Source of the DNA: Lingula anatina | Lineage: Eukaryota > Animalia > Brachiopoda | NCBI GenBank assembly: GCA_051362555.1 | Contig: CM120643.1 | Location: 21,084,848-21,148,847 of the forward strand | Direction of reading: 5' to 3' | Length of the DNA stretch: 64,000 bases | Shown: positions 26,501 to 41,500 of the stretch, piece after piece | Numbering within the stretch: position 1 is the first letter of the stretch | Layout: the number at the start of each line of letters is the position of its first letter | Translations under genes and position numbers: made by a program | The notes under the pieces: generated by a model | The model's database searches: none | The model's input: only the letters and a program-made list of their open reading frames with translations | What the model was told of the DNA's origin: nothing

Positions 26501-29500
26501 ACTCTTAATTGGTTTTATCAATCTTGTATTAATTGCATTTAATTGTATGGAATAATGGCTGTTTTACCTAGATTTTATTTATGATATTTTATGTAGTATT
26601 ATTTATGATATTTTATGTAAAGTCTACTGAACATTTTAAAAGGATTTTAGACTTAAAATAAATTTATTATTATTAGGCACAGGAGGTCCACCAGGTACAG
26701 GAGGTCCACCAGGTACAGGAGGTCCACCAGGAACAGGAGGTCCACCAGGCACAGGAGGCCCACCAGGAACAGGAGGTCCACCAGGCACAGGAGGTCCACC
26801 AGGTACTGGAGGCCCACCAGGAACTGGAGGTCCACCAGGCACAGGAGGCCCACCAGGAACAGGAGGTCCACCAGGCACAGGAGGTCCACCAGGCACTGGA
26901 GGCCCACCAGGTACAGGAGGTCCACCAGGTACTGGAGGCCCACCAGGAACAGGAGGTCCACCAGGCACAGGAGGACCACCAGGTACTGGAGGCCCACCAG
27001 GCACAGGAGGGCCACCAGGAACAGGAGGCCCACCAGGTACGGGAGGTCCACCAGGCACAGGAGGGCCACCAGGAACAGGAGGCCCACCAGGTACAGGAGG
27101 CCCACCAGGAACAGGAGGGCCACCAGGCACAGGAGGCCCACCAGGCACAGGAGGCCCACCAGGAACAGGAGGTCCACCAGGAACAGGAGGTCCACCAGGT
27201 ACAGGTGGTCCACCAGGCACAGGAGGTCCCCCAGGAACAGGAGGTCCACCAGGCACAGGAGGTCCACCAGGTACTGGAGGCCCACCAGGTACAGGAGGTC
27301 CACCAGGCACAGGAGGCCCACCAGGAACAGGAGGTCCACCAGGCACAGGAGGTCCCCCAGGAACAGGAGGTCCACCAGGTACAGGAGGTCCACCAGGCAC
27401 TGGGGGCCCACCAGGTACAGGAGGTCCACCAGGCACAGGAGGTCCACCAGGAACAGGAGGTCCACCAGGTACAGGTGGTCCACCAGGAACAGGAGGTCCC
27501 CCAGGAACAGGAGGTCCACCAGGAACAGGAGGTCCACCAGGTACAGGAGGTCCACCAGGTACTGGAGGCCCACCAGGAACAGGAGGTCCACCAGGTACAG
27601 GAGGTCCACCAGGTACTGGAGGCCCACCAGGAACAGGAGGTCCACCAGGCACAGGAGGCCCACCAGGAACAGGAGGTCCACCAGGTACTGGAGGCCCACC
27701 AGGAACTGGAGGTCCACCAGGCACAGGAGGCCCACCAGGAACAGGAGGTCCACCAGGAACAGGAGGTCCACCAGGAACAGGAGGTCCACCAGGCACAGGA
27801 GGTCCACCAGGCACTGGAGGCCCACCAGGTACAGGAGGTCCACCAGGTACTGGAGGCCCACCAGGAACAGGAGGTCCACCAGGCACAGGAGGACCACCAG
27901 GTACTGGAGGCCCACCAGGCACAGGAGGGCCACCAGGAACAGGAGGCCCACCAGGTACAGGAGGTCCACCAGGCACAGGAGGGCCACCAGGAACAGGAGG
28001 CCCACCAGGTACAGGAGGCCCACCAGGAACAGGAGGGCCACCAGGCACAGGAGGCCCACCAGGCACAGGAGGTCCACCAGGAACAGGAGGTCCACCAGGC
28101 ACTGGAGGCCCACCAGGTACAGGAGGTCCACCAGGTACTGGAGGCCCACCAGGAACAGGAGGTCCACCAGGCACAGGAGGACCACCAGGTACTGGAGGCC
28201 CACCAGGCACAGGAGGGCCACCAGGAACAGGAGGCCCACCAGGTACAGGAGGTCCACCAGGCACAGGAGGGCCACCAGGAACAGGAGGCCCACCAGGTAC
28301 AGGAGGCCCACCAGGAACAGGAGGGCCACCAGGCACAGGAGGCCCACCAGGCACAGGAGGCCCACCAGGAACAGGAGGTCCACCAGGTACAGGAGGTCCA
28401 CCAGGAACAGGAGGTCCACCAGGCACAGGAGGCCCACCAGGAACAGGAGGTCCACCAGGCACAGGAGGTCCACCAGGTACTGGAGGCCCACCAGGAACTG
28501 GAGGTCCACCAGGCACAGGAGGCCCACCAGGAACAGGAGGTCCACCAGGCACAGGAGGTCCACCAGGCACTGGAGGCCCACCAGGTACAGGAGGTCCACC
28601 AGGTACTGGAGGCCCACCAGGAACAGGAGGTCCACCAGGCACAGGAGGACCACCAGGTACTGGAGGCCCACCAGGCACAGGAGGGCCACCAGGAACAGGA
28701 GGCCCACCAGGTACGGGAGGGCCACCAGGCACAGGAGGCCCACCAGGCACAGGAGGCCCACCAGGAACAGGAGGTCCACCAGGTACAGGTGGTCCACCAG
28801 GCACAGGAGGGCCACCAGGAACAGGAGGACCACCAGGCACAGGAGGTCCACCAGGTACTGGAGGCCCACCAGGTACAGGAGGACCACCAGGCACAGGAGG
28901 CCCACCAGGAACAGGAGGTCCACCAGGTAATTCGCAATCAGTTGTCTGACTGCTGCAGCCACAGTCATAAATTGTTTAGTTACATCTCGATTAGATTACT
29001 GCAACTCCATTTTATACGGTTGTCCAAAGAAACAAATTGTCAGACTGCAGCACATTCAAAATATTTCGTCCAGATTATTAACTCGGACATCCACAAGCAA
29101 ACACATCTCCCAAGTTTTAAAAAGTTTACACTGGCTACCTCTACAAGCCAGAATTTTATTCAAAATTTTAGTTTTTACTCACGATGCTTTTTATGGATTG
29201 GCACCAATCTACATCAATGAATTAGTTAGTCACTATGTTCCAATGCGAAATCTGCGGTCTGTAGACCAATTGCTACTCAACCCAGTAAAAATGCAATTAA
29301 AAACCTACGGTGACATATCTTTTAAAGCTGCAGGTCCAAAGGAATGGAATCTATTACCGCTGGAAATCCGAGCAATTCAGTCTACCAAAAATTTTTAAAA
29401 AGAACTCAAAACATACCTTTTTTAGGAAATATTTTGATTAACTCTTAATTGGTTTTATCAATCTTGTATTAATTGCATTTAATTGTATGGAATAATGGCT

Positions 29501-32500
29501 GTTTTACCTAGATTTTATTTATGATATTTTATGTAGTATTATTTATGATATTTTATGTAAAGTCTACTGAACATTTTAAAAGGATTTTAGACTTAAAATA
29601 AATTTATTATTATTAGGCACAGGAGGTCCACCAGGTACAGGAGGTCCACCAGGTACAGGAGGTCCACCAGGTACTGGAGGCCCACCAGGAACAGGAGGTC
29701 CACCAGGCACAGGAGGCCCACCAGGAACAGGAGGTCCACCAGGAACAGGAGGTCCACCAGGCACAGGAGGCCCACCAGGAACAGGAGGTCCACCAGGAAC
29801 AGGAGGTCCACCAGGCACTGGGGGCCCACCAGGTACAGGTGGTCCACCAGGAACAGGAGGTCCACCAGGCACAGGAGGTCCCCCAGGAACAGGAGGTCCA
29901 CCAGGTACAGGAGGTCCATCAGGCACTGGGGGCCCACCAGGTACAGGAGGTCCACCAGGCACAGGAGGTCCACCAGGAACAGGAGGTCCACCAGGTACAG
30001 GTGGTCCACCAGGAACAGGAGGTCCCCCAGGAACAGGAGGTCCACCAGGAACAGGAGGTCCACCAGGTACAGGAGGTCCACCAGGTACTGGAGGCCCACC
30101 AGGAACAGGAGGTCCACCAGGTACAGGAGGTCCACCAGGTACTGGAGGCCCACCAGGAACAGGAGGTCCACCAGGCACAGGAGGCCCACCAGGAACAGGA
30201 GGTCCACCAGGTACTGGAGGCCCACCAGGAACTGGAGGTCCACCAGGCACAGGAGGCCCACCAGGAACAGGAGGTCCACCAGGAACAGGAGGTCCACCAG
30301 GAACAGGAGGTCCACCAGGCACAGGAGGTCCACCAGGCACTGGAGGCCCACCAGGTACAGGAGGTCCACCAGGTACTGGAGGCCCACCAGGAACAGGAGG
30401 TCCACCAGGCACAGGAGGACCACCAGGTACTGGAGGCCCACCAGGCACAGGAGGGCCACCAGGAACAGGAGGCCCACCAGGTACAGGAGGTCCACCAGGC
30501 ACAGGAGGGCCACCAGGAACAGGAGGCCCACCAGGTACAGGAGGCCCACCAGGAACAGGAGGGCCACCAGGCACAGGAGGCCCACCAGGCACAGGAGGCC
30601 CACCAGGAACAGGAGGTCCACCAGGAACAGGAGGTCCACCAGGTACAGGTGGTCCACCAGGCACAGGAGGGCCACCAGGAACAGGAGGACCACCAGGCAC
30701 AGGAGGTCCACCAGGTACTGGAGGCCCACCAGGTACAGGAGGACCACCAGGCACAGGAGGCCCACCAGGAACAGGAGGTCCACCAGGTAATTCGCAATCA
30801 GTTGTCTGACTGCTGCAGCCACAGTCATAAATTGTTTAGTTACATCTCGATTAGATTACTGCAACTCCATTTTATACGGTTGTCCAAAGAAACAAATTGT
30901 CAGACTGCAGCACATTCAAAATATTTCGTCCAGATTATTAACTTGGACATCCACAAGCAAACACATCTCCCAAGTTTTAAAAAGTTTACACTGGCTACCT
31001 CTACAAGCCAGAATTTTATTCAAAATTTTAGTTTTTACTCACGATGCTTTTTATGGATTGGCACCAATCTACATCAATGAATTAGTTAGTCACTATGTTC
31101 CAATGCGAAATCTGCGGTCTGTAGACCAATTGCTACTCAACCCAGTAAAAATGCAATTAAAAACCTACGGTGACATATCTTTTAAAGCTGCAGGTCCAAA
31201 GGAATGGAATCTATTACCGCTGGAAATCCGAGCAATTCAGTCTACCAAAAATTTTTAAAAAGAACTCAAAACATACCTTTTTTAGGAAATATTTTGATTA
31301 ACTCTTAATTGGTTTTATCAATCTTGTATTAATTGCATTTAATTGTATGGAATAATGGCTGTTTTACCTAGATTTTATTTATGATATTTTATGTAGTATT
31401 ATTTATGATATTTTATGTAAAGTCTACTGAACATTTTAAAAGGATTTTAGACTTAAAATAAATTTATTATTATTAGGCACAGGAGGTCCACCAGGTACAG
31501 GAGGTCCACCAGGTACAGGAGGTCCACCAGGTACTGGAGGCCCACCAGGAACAGGAGGTCCACCAGGCACAGGAGGCCCACCAGGAACAGGAGGTCCACC
31601 AGGCACAGGAGGTCCACCAGGAACAGGAGGTCCACCAGGAACAGGAGGTCCACCAGGCACTGGGGGCCCACCAGGTACAGGTGGTCCACCAGGAACAGGA
31701 GGTCCCCCAGGAACAGGAGGTCCACCAGGTACAGGAGGTCCACCAGGCACAGGAGGTCCACCAGGCACAGGAGGTCCACCAGGTACTGGAGGTCCACCAG
31801 GAACAGGAGGCCCACCAGGAACAGGAGGTCCACCAGGCACAGGAGGCCCACCAGGAACAGGAGGTCCACCAGGCACAGGAGGTCCCCCAGGAACAGGAGG
31901 TCCACCAGGTACAGGAGGTCCACCAGGCACTGGGGGCCCACCAGGTACAGGAGGTCCACCAGGCACAGGAGGTCCACCAGGAACAGGAGGTCCACCAGGT
32001 ACAGGTGGTCCACCAGGAACAGGAGGTCCCCCAGGAACAGGAGGTCCACCAGGAACAGGAGGTCCACCAGGTACAGGAGGTCCACCAGGTACTGGAGGCC
32101 CAACAGGAACAGGAGGTCCACCAGGTACAGGAGGTCCACCAGGTACTGGAGGCCCACCAGGAACAGGAGGTCCACCAGGCACAGGAGGCCCACCAGGAAC
32201 AGGAGGTCCACCAGGTACAGGAGGTCCACCAGGTACTGGAGGCCCACCAGGAACAGGAGGTCCACCAGGCACAGGAGGACCACCAGGTACAGCAGGTCCA
32301 CCAGGCACAGGAGGGCCACCAGGAACAGGAGGCCCACCAGGTACAGGAGGTCCACCAGGCACAGGAGGGCCACCAGGTACAGCAGGTCCACCAGGTACTG
32401 GAGGCCCACCAGGAACAGGAGGTCCACCAGGCACAGGAGGCCCACCAGGCACAGGAGGCCCACCAGGAACAGGAGGTCCACCAGGAACAGGAGGTCCACC

Positions 32501-35500
32501 AGGTACAGGTGGTCCACCAGGCACAGGAGGTCCACCAGGAACAGGAGGTCCACCAGGCACAGGAGGTCCACCAGGTACTGGAGGCCCACCAGGAACAGGA
32601 GGTCCACCAGGCACAGGAGGACCACCAGGTACAGCAGGTCCACCAGGCACAGGAGGACCACCAGGTACAGCAGGTCCACCAGGCACAGGAGGGCCACCAG
32701 GAACAGGAGGACCACCAGGCACAGGAGGTCCACCAGGTACTGGAGGCCCACCAGGTACAGGAGGACCACCAGGCACAGGAGGCCCACCAGGAACAGGAGG
32801 TCCACCAGGTAATTCGCAATCAGTTGTCTGACTGCTGCAGCCACAGTCATAAATTGTTTAGTTACATCTCGATTAGATTACTGCAACTCCATTTTATACG
32901 GTTGTCCAAAGAAACAAATTGTCAGACTGCAGCACATTCAAAATATTTCGTCCAGATTATTAACTCGGACATCCACAAGCAAACACGTCTCCCAAGTTTT
33001 AAAAAGTTTACACTGGCTACCTCTACAAGCCAGAATTTTATTCAAAATTTTAGTTTTTACTCACGATGCTTTTTATGGATTGGCACCAATCTACATCAAT
33101 GAATTAGTTAGTCACTATGTTCCAATGCGAAATCTGCGGTCTGTAGACCAATTGCTACTCAACCCAGTAAAAATGCAATTAAAAACCTACGGTGACATAT
33201 CTTTTAAGCTGCAGGTCCAAAGAAATGGAATCCATTACCGCTGGAAATCCGAGCAATTCAGTCTACCAAAAATTTTTAAAAAGAACTCAAAACATACCTT
33301 TTTTAGGAAATATTTTGATTAACTCTTAATTGGTTTTATCCATCTTGTATTAATTGCATTTAATTGTATGGAATAATGGCTGTTTTACCTAGATTTTATT
33401 TATGATATTTTATGTAGTATTATTTATGATATTTTATGTAAAGTCTACTGAACATTTTAAAAGGATTTTAGACTTAAAATAAATTTATTATTATTAGGCA
33501 CAGGAGGTCCACCAGGTACAGGAGGTCCACCAGGTACAGGAGGTCCACCAGGTACTGGAGGCCCACCAGGAACAGGAGGTCCACCAGGCATAGGAGGCCC
33601 ACCAGGAACAGGAGGTCCACCAGGCACAGGAGGTCCACCAGGTACTGGAGGCCCACCAGGAACTGGAGGTCCACCAGGCACAGGAGGCCCACCAGGAACA
33701 GGAGGTCCACCAGGAACAGGAGGTCCACCAGGCACAGGAGGTCCACCAGGCACTGGAGGCCCACCAGGTACAGGAGGTCCACCAGGTACTGGAGGCCCAC
33801 CAGGAACAGGAGGTCCACCAGGCACAGGAGGTCCACCAGGCACAGGAGGTCCACCAGGTACTGGAGGCCCACCAGGAACAGGAGGTCCACCAGGCACAGG
33901 AGGTCCACCAGGTACAGGAGGCCCAACAGGAACAGGAGGTCCACCAGGTACAGGAGGCCCACCAGGAACAGGAGGTCCACCAGGTACAGGAGGTCCACCA
34001 GGAACAGGAGGTCCACCAGGTATTGGAGGCCCACCAGGAACAGGAGGTCCACCAGGCACAGGGGGCCCACCAGGAACAGGAGGTCCACCAGGTACAGGTG
34101 GTCCACCAGGCACAGGAGGTCCCCCAGGAACAGGAGGTCCACCAGGCACAGGAGGTCCACCAGGTACTGGAGGCCCACCAGGAACAGGAGGTCCACCAGG
34201 CACAGGAGGACCACCAGGTACAGCAGGTCCACCAGGCACAGGAGGGCCACCAGGAACAGGAGGCCCACCAGGTACAGGAGGTCCACCAGGTACAGGAGGT
34301 CCACCAGGTACTGGAGGCCCACCAGGAACAGGAGGTCCAACAGGCACAGGAGGCCCACCAGGAACAGGAGGTCCACCAGGTACAGGTGGTCCACCAGGAA
34401 CAGGAGGCCCAACAGGTACAGGAGGTCCACCAGGAACAGGAGGTCCACCAGGAACAGGAGGCCCACCAGGAACAGGAGGTCCACCAGGTACAGGAGGTCC
34501 ACCAGGTACTGGAGGCCCACCTGGAACAGGAGGTCCACCAGGCACAGGAGGCCCACCAGGAAGAGGAGGTCCACCAGGTACAGGAGGTCCACCAGGTACT
34601 GGAGGCCCACCAGGAACAGGAGGTCCACCAGGCACAGGAGGTCCACCAGGCACTGGAGGTCCACCAGGCACAGGAGGTCCACCAGGCACTGGAGGTCCAC
34701 CAGGCACAGGAGGTCCACCAGGCACTGGAGGCCCACCAGGTACAGGAGGTCCACCAGGTACTGGAGGCCCACCAGGAACAGGAGGTCCACCAGGTACAGG
34801 AGGTCCACCAGGTACTGGAGGCCCAACAGGAACAGGAGGTCCACCAGGTACAGGAGGTCCACCAGGTACTGGAGGCCCACCAGGAACAGGAGGTCCACCA
34901 GGCACAGGAGGCCCACCAGGAACAGGAGGTCCACCAGGTACAGGAGGTCCACCAGGTACTGGAGGCCCACCAGGAACAGGAGGTCCACCAGGCACAGGAG
35001 GACCACCAGGTACAGGAGGGCCACCAGGAACAGGAGGCCCACCAGGTACAGGAGGTCCACCAGGCACAGGAGGGCCACCAGGTACAGCAGGTCCACCAGG
35101 TACTGGAGGCCCACCAGGAACAGGAGGTCCACCAGGCACAGGAGGCCCACCAGGCACAGGAGGCCCACCAGGAACAGGAGGTCCACCAGGAACAGGAGGT
35201 CCACCAGGTACAGGTGGTCCACCAGGCACAGGAGGTCCACCAGGAACAGGAGGTCCACCAGGCACAGGAGGTCCACCAGGTACTGGAGGCCCACCAGGAA
35301 CAGGAGGTCCACCAGGCACAGGAGGACCACCAGGTACAGCAGGTCCACCAGGCACAGGAGGACCACCAGGTACAGCAGGTCCACCAGGCACAGGAGGGCC
35401 ACCAGGAACAGGAGGACCACCAGGCACAGGAGGTCCACCAGGTACTGGAGGCCCACCAGGTACAGGAGGACCACCAGGCACAGGAGGCCCACCAGGAACA

Positions 35501-38500
35501 GGAGGTCCACCAGGTAATTCGCAATCAGTTGTCTGACTGCTGCAGCCACAGTCATAAATTGTTTAGTTACATCTCGATTAGATTACTGCAACTCCATTTT
35601 ATACGGTTGTCCAAAGAAACAAATTGTCAGACTGCAGCACATTCAAAATATTTTGTCCAGATTATTAACTCGGACATCCACAAGCAAACACGTCTCCCAA
35701 GTTTTAAAAAGTTTACACTGGCTACCTCTACAAGCCAGAATTTTATTCAAAATTTTAGTTTTTACTCACGATGCTTTTTATGGATTGGCACCAATCTACA
35801 TCAATGAATTAGTTAGTCACTATGTTCCAATGCGAAATCTGCGGTCTGTAGACCAATTGCTACTCAACCCAGTAAAAATGCAATTAAAAACCTACGGTGA
35901 CATATCTTTTAAAGCTGCAGGTCCAAAGAAATGAAATCTATTACCGCTGGAAATCCGAGCAATTCAGTCTACCAAAAATTTTTAAAAAGAACTCAAAACA
36001 TACCTTTTTTAGGAAATATTTTGATTAACTCTTAATTGGTTTTATCCATCTTGTATTAATTGCATTTAATTGTATGGAATAATGGCTGTTTTACCTAGAT
36101 TTTATTTATGATATTTTATGTAGTATTATTTATGATATTTTATGTAAAGTCTACTGAACATTTTAAAAGGATTTTAGACTTAAAATAAATTTATTATTAT
36201 TAGGCACAGGAGGTCCACCAGGTACAGGAGGTCCACCAGGTACAGGAGGTCCACCAGGTACTGGAGGCCCACCAGGAACAGGAGGTCCACCAGGCACAGG
36301 AGGCCCACCAGGAACAGGAGGTCCACCAGGCACAGGAGGTCCACCAGGTACTGGAGGCCCACCAGGAACTGGAGGTCCACCAGGCACAGGAGGCCCACCA
36401 GGAACAGGAGGTCCACCAGGAACAGGAGGTCCACCAGGCACAGGAGGTCCACCAGGCACTGGAGGCCCACCAGGTACAGGAGGTCCACCAGGCACTGGAG
36501 GCCCACCAGGAACAGGAGGTCCACCAGGCACAGGAGGTCCACCAGGCACAGGAGGTCCACCAGGTACTGGAGGCCCACCAGGAACAGGAGGTCCACCAGG
36601 CACAGGAGGTCCACCAGGTACAGGAGGCCCACCAGGAACAGGAGGTCCACCAGGTACAGGAGGCCCACCAGGAACAGGAGGTCCACCAGGTACAGGAGGT
36701 CCACCAGGAACAGGAGGTCCACCAGGTACTGGAGGCCCACCAGGAACAGGAGGTCCACCAGGCACAGGGGGCCCACCAGGAACAGGAGGTCCACCAGGTA
36801 CAGGTGGTCCACCAGGCACAGGAGGTCCCCCAGGAACAGGAGGTCCACCAGGCACAGGAGGTCCACCAGGTACTGGAGGCCCACCAGGTACAGGAGGTCC
36901 AAGAGGCACAGGAGGACCACCAGGTACAGCAGGTCCACCAGGCACAGGAGGGCCACCAGGAACAGGAGGCCCACCAGGTACAGGAGGTCCACCAGGTACA
37001 GGAGGTCCACCAGGTACTGGAGGCCCACCAGGAACAGGAGGTCCAACAGGCACAGGAGGCCCACCAGGAACAGGAGGTCCACCAGGTACAGGTGGTCCAC
37101 CAGGAACAGGAGGCCCAACAGGTACAGGAGGCCCACCAGGAACAGGAGGTCCACCAGGTACAGGAGGTCCACCAGGTACTGGAGGCCCACCAGGAACAGG
37201 AGGTCCACCAGGCACAGGAGGTCCACCAGGCACTGGAGGTCCACCAGGCACAGGAGGTCCACCAGGCACTGGAGGTCCACCAGGCACAGGAGGTCCACAA
37301 GGCACTGGAGGCCCACCAGGTACAGGAGGTCCACCAGGTACTGGAGGCCCACCAGGAACAGGAGGTCCACCAGGCACAGGAGGTCCACCAGGCACAGGAG
37401 GTCCACCAGGTACTGGAGGCCCACCAGGAACAGGAGGTCCACCAGGCACAGGAGGTCCACCAGGTACAGGAGGCCCACCAGGAACAGGAGGTCCACCAGG
37501 TACAGGAGGCCCACCAGGAACAGGAGGTCCACCAGGTACAGGAGGTCCACCAGGAACAGGAGGTCCACCAGGTACTGGAGGCCCACCAGGAACAGGAGGT
37601 CCACCAGGCACAGGTGGCCCACCAGGAACAGGAGGACCACCAGGTACAGGTGGTCCACCAGGCACAGGAGGTCCCCCAGGAACAGGAGGTCCACCAGGCA
37701 CAGGAGGTCCACCAGGTAATGGAGGCCCACCAGGAACTGGAGGTCCACCAGGAACAGGAGGACCACCAGGTACAGCAGGTCCACCAGGCACAGGAGGGCC
37801 ACCAGGAACAGGAGGCCCACCAGGTACAGGAGGTCCACCAGGTACAGGAGGTCCACCAGGTACTGGAGGCCCACCAGGAACAGGAGGTCCACCAGGCACA
37901 GGAGGACCACCAGGTACAGCAGGTCCACCAGGCACAGGAGGGCCACCAGGAACAGGAGGCCCACCAGGTACAGGAGGTCCACCAGGTACAGGAGGTCCAC
38001 CAGGTACTGGAGGCCCACCAGGAACAGGAGGTCCACCAGGCACAGGAGGACCACCAGGTACAGCAGGTCCACCAGGCACAGGAGGGCCACCAGGCACAGG
38101 AGGCCCACCAGGTACAGGAGGTCCACCAGGTACAGGAGGTCCACCAGGTACTGGAGGCCCACCAGGAACAGGAGGTCCAACAGGCACAGGAGGCCCACCA
38201 GGAACAGGAGGTCCACCAGGTACAGGTGGTCCACCAGGAACAGGAGGCCCAACAGGTACAGGAGGTCCACCAGGAACAGGAGGTCCACCAGGAACAGGAG
38301 GCCCACCAGGAACAGGAGGTCCACCAGGTACTGGAGGCCCACCTGGAACAGGAGGTCCACCAGGCACAGGAGGCCCACCAGGAACAGGAGGTCCACCAGG
38401 TACAGGAGGTCCACCAGGTACTGGAGGCCCACCAGGAACAGGAGGCCCACCAGGAACAGGAGGTCCACCAGGTAGTTCGCAATCAGTTGTCTGACTCTGC

Positions 38501-41500
38501 TGCAGCCACAGTCATAATTTTTTTTTTTTTTTTTTTTTATTGACATCACAAAACAAAACATACATTTTTCACACTAAACACATATTACAACATATATGCA
38601 ACAGACACAAACTAGCTTACAGTAGTCTCATTGGACATTAACAGCACAAGGGAGTGACAGAATACGTTGCACAAAATAACAGAAGTAATAGTATACAGTA
38701 CACATAACACAAACTGATTAACATATATCGTAACATATAAACAAACAAACCAGCTTATTATCATATATAAGTCACATCGGATTCTACATATTACAAACGT
38801 ACTATTTATACCACAGTCACAATATATGATATTATGCCGGTTGTCGGGAATAACACAAAGCACCACTCACTTACAAGATCATACAGAACAATTAAGCGTA
38901 CAAAAGTCTCCACTTAGTTGTGAACTCAGGTACACATAACAAGTTGCTAAACATTACAAACCAACATATATCAAGTATCCACGAACAATCTGGTGCAACA
39001 CAAAAGACTGACAGTACGGAAAGATATTAGACATGCACAATTGGCTATGACTCCAAACAGTAAGAGATTGTCATACATTTACACTCAACTCGTATTGTAT
39101 CATTCTAAGTAAGGCTAAGTATTAAATTGTGTAAAATCTAGGTACATAGTCATAAATTGTTTAGTTACATCTCGATTAGATTACTGCAACTCCATTTTAT
39201 ACAGTTGTCCAAAGAAACAAATTGTCAGACTGCAGCACATTCAAAATATTTCGGCCAGATTATTAACTCGGACATCCACAAGCAAACACGTCTCCCAAGT
39301 TTTAAAAAGTTTACACTGGCTACCTCTACAAGCCAGAATTTTATTCAAATTTTTAGTTTTTACTCACGATGCTTTTTATGGATTGGCACCAATCTACATC
39401 AATGAATTAGTTAGTCACTATGTTCCAATGCGAAATCTGCGGTCTGTAGACCAATTGCTACTCAACCCAGTAAAAATGCAATTAAAAACCTACGGTGACA
39501 TATCTTTTAAAGCTGCAGGTCCAAAGGAATGGAATCTATTACCGCTGGAAATCCGAGCAATTCAGTCTACCAAAAATTTTTAAAAAGAACTCAAAACATA
39601 CCTTTTTTAGGAAATATTTTGATTAACTCTTAATTGGTTTTATCAATCTTGTATTAATTGCATTTAATTGTATGGAATAATGGCTGTTTTACCTAGATTT
39701 TATTCATGATATTTTATGTAGTATTATTTATGATATTTTATGTAAAGTCTACTGAACATTTTAAAAGGATTTTAGACTTAAAATAAATTTATTATTATTA
39801 GGCACAGGAGGTCCACCAGGTACAGGAGGTCCACCAGGCACAGGAGGTCCACCAGGTACAGGAGGCCCACCAGGAACAGGAGGTCCACCAGGTACAGGAG
39901 GTCCACCAGGAACAGGAGGTCCACCAGGTACTGGAGGCCCACCAGGAACAGGAGGTCCACCAGGCACAGGTGGCCCACCAGGAACAGGAGGTCCACCAGG
40001 TACAGGTGGTCCACCAGGCACAGGAGGTCCCCCAGGAACAGGAGGTCCACCAGGTACTGGAGGCCCACCAGGAACAGGAGGTCCACCAGCCACAGGAGGA
40101 CCACCAGGTACAGCAGGTCCACCAGGCACAGGAGGGCCACCAGGAACAGGAGGCCCACCAGGTACAGGAGGTCCACCAGGTACAGGAGGTCCACCAGGTA
40201 CTGGAGGCCCACCAGGAACAGGAGGTCCACCAGGCACAGGAGGCCCACCAGGAACAGGAGGTCCACCAGGTACAGGTGGTCCACCAGGAACAGGAGGCCC
40301 ACCAGGTACAGGAGGTCCACCAGGAACAGGAGGTCCACCAGGAACAGGAGGCCCACCAGGAACAGGAGGTCCACCAGGTACAGGAGGTCCACCAGGTACT
40401 GGAGGCCCACCAGGAACAGGAGGTCCACCAGGAACAGGAGGTCCACCAGGAACAGGAGGTCCACCAGGCACAGGAGGCCCACCAGGTACAGGAGGTCCAC
40501 CAGGAACAGGAGGTCCACCAGGAACAGGAGGTCCACCAGGTACAGGAGGTCCACCAGGAACAGGAGGCCCACCAGGTACAGGAGGTCCACCAGGAACAGG
40601 AGGTCCACCAGGAACAGGAGGTCCACCAGGAACAGGAGGTCCACCAGGTACTGGAGGCCCACCAGGTAGAGGAGGTCCACCAGGCACTGGAGGCCCACCA
40701 GGTACAGGAGGTCCACCAGGCACAGGAGGTCCACCAGGTACTGGAGGCCCACCAGGTACTGGAGGTCCACCAGGCACAGGAGGCCCACCAGGAACAGGAG
40801 GTCCACCAGGTAATTCGCAATCAGTTGTCTGACTCTGCTGCAGCCACAGTCATAAATTGTTTAGTTACATCTCGATTAGATTACTGCAACTCCATTTTAT
40901 ACAGTTGTCCAAAGAAACAAATTGCCAGACTGCAGCACATTCAAAATATTTCGGCCAGATTATTAACTCGGACATCCACAAGCAAACACGTCTCCCAAGT
41001 TTTAAAAAGTTTACACTGGCTACCTCTACAAGCCATAATTTTATTCAAATTTTTAGTTTTTACTCACGATGCTTTTTATGGATTGGCACCAATCTACATC
41101 AATGAATTAGTTAGTCACTATGTTCCAATGCGAAATCTGCGGTCTGTAGACCAATTGCTACTCAACCCAGTAAAAATGCAATTAAAAACCTACGGTGACA
41201 TATCTTTTAAAGCTGCAGGTCCAAAGGAATGGAATCTATTACCGCTGGAAATCCGAGCAATTCAGTCTACCAAACATTTTTAAAAAGAACTCAAAACATA
41301 CCTTTTTTAGGAAATATTTTGATTAACTCTTTATTGGTTTTATCAATCTTGTATTAATTGCATTTAATTGTATGGAATAATGGCTGTTTTACCTAGATTT
41401 TATTTATGATATTTTATGTAAAGTCTACTGAACATTTTAAAAGGATTTTAGACTTAAAATAAATTTATTATTATTAGGCACAGGAGGTCCACCAGGCACA

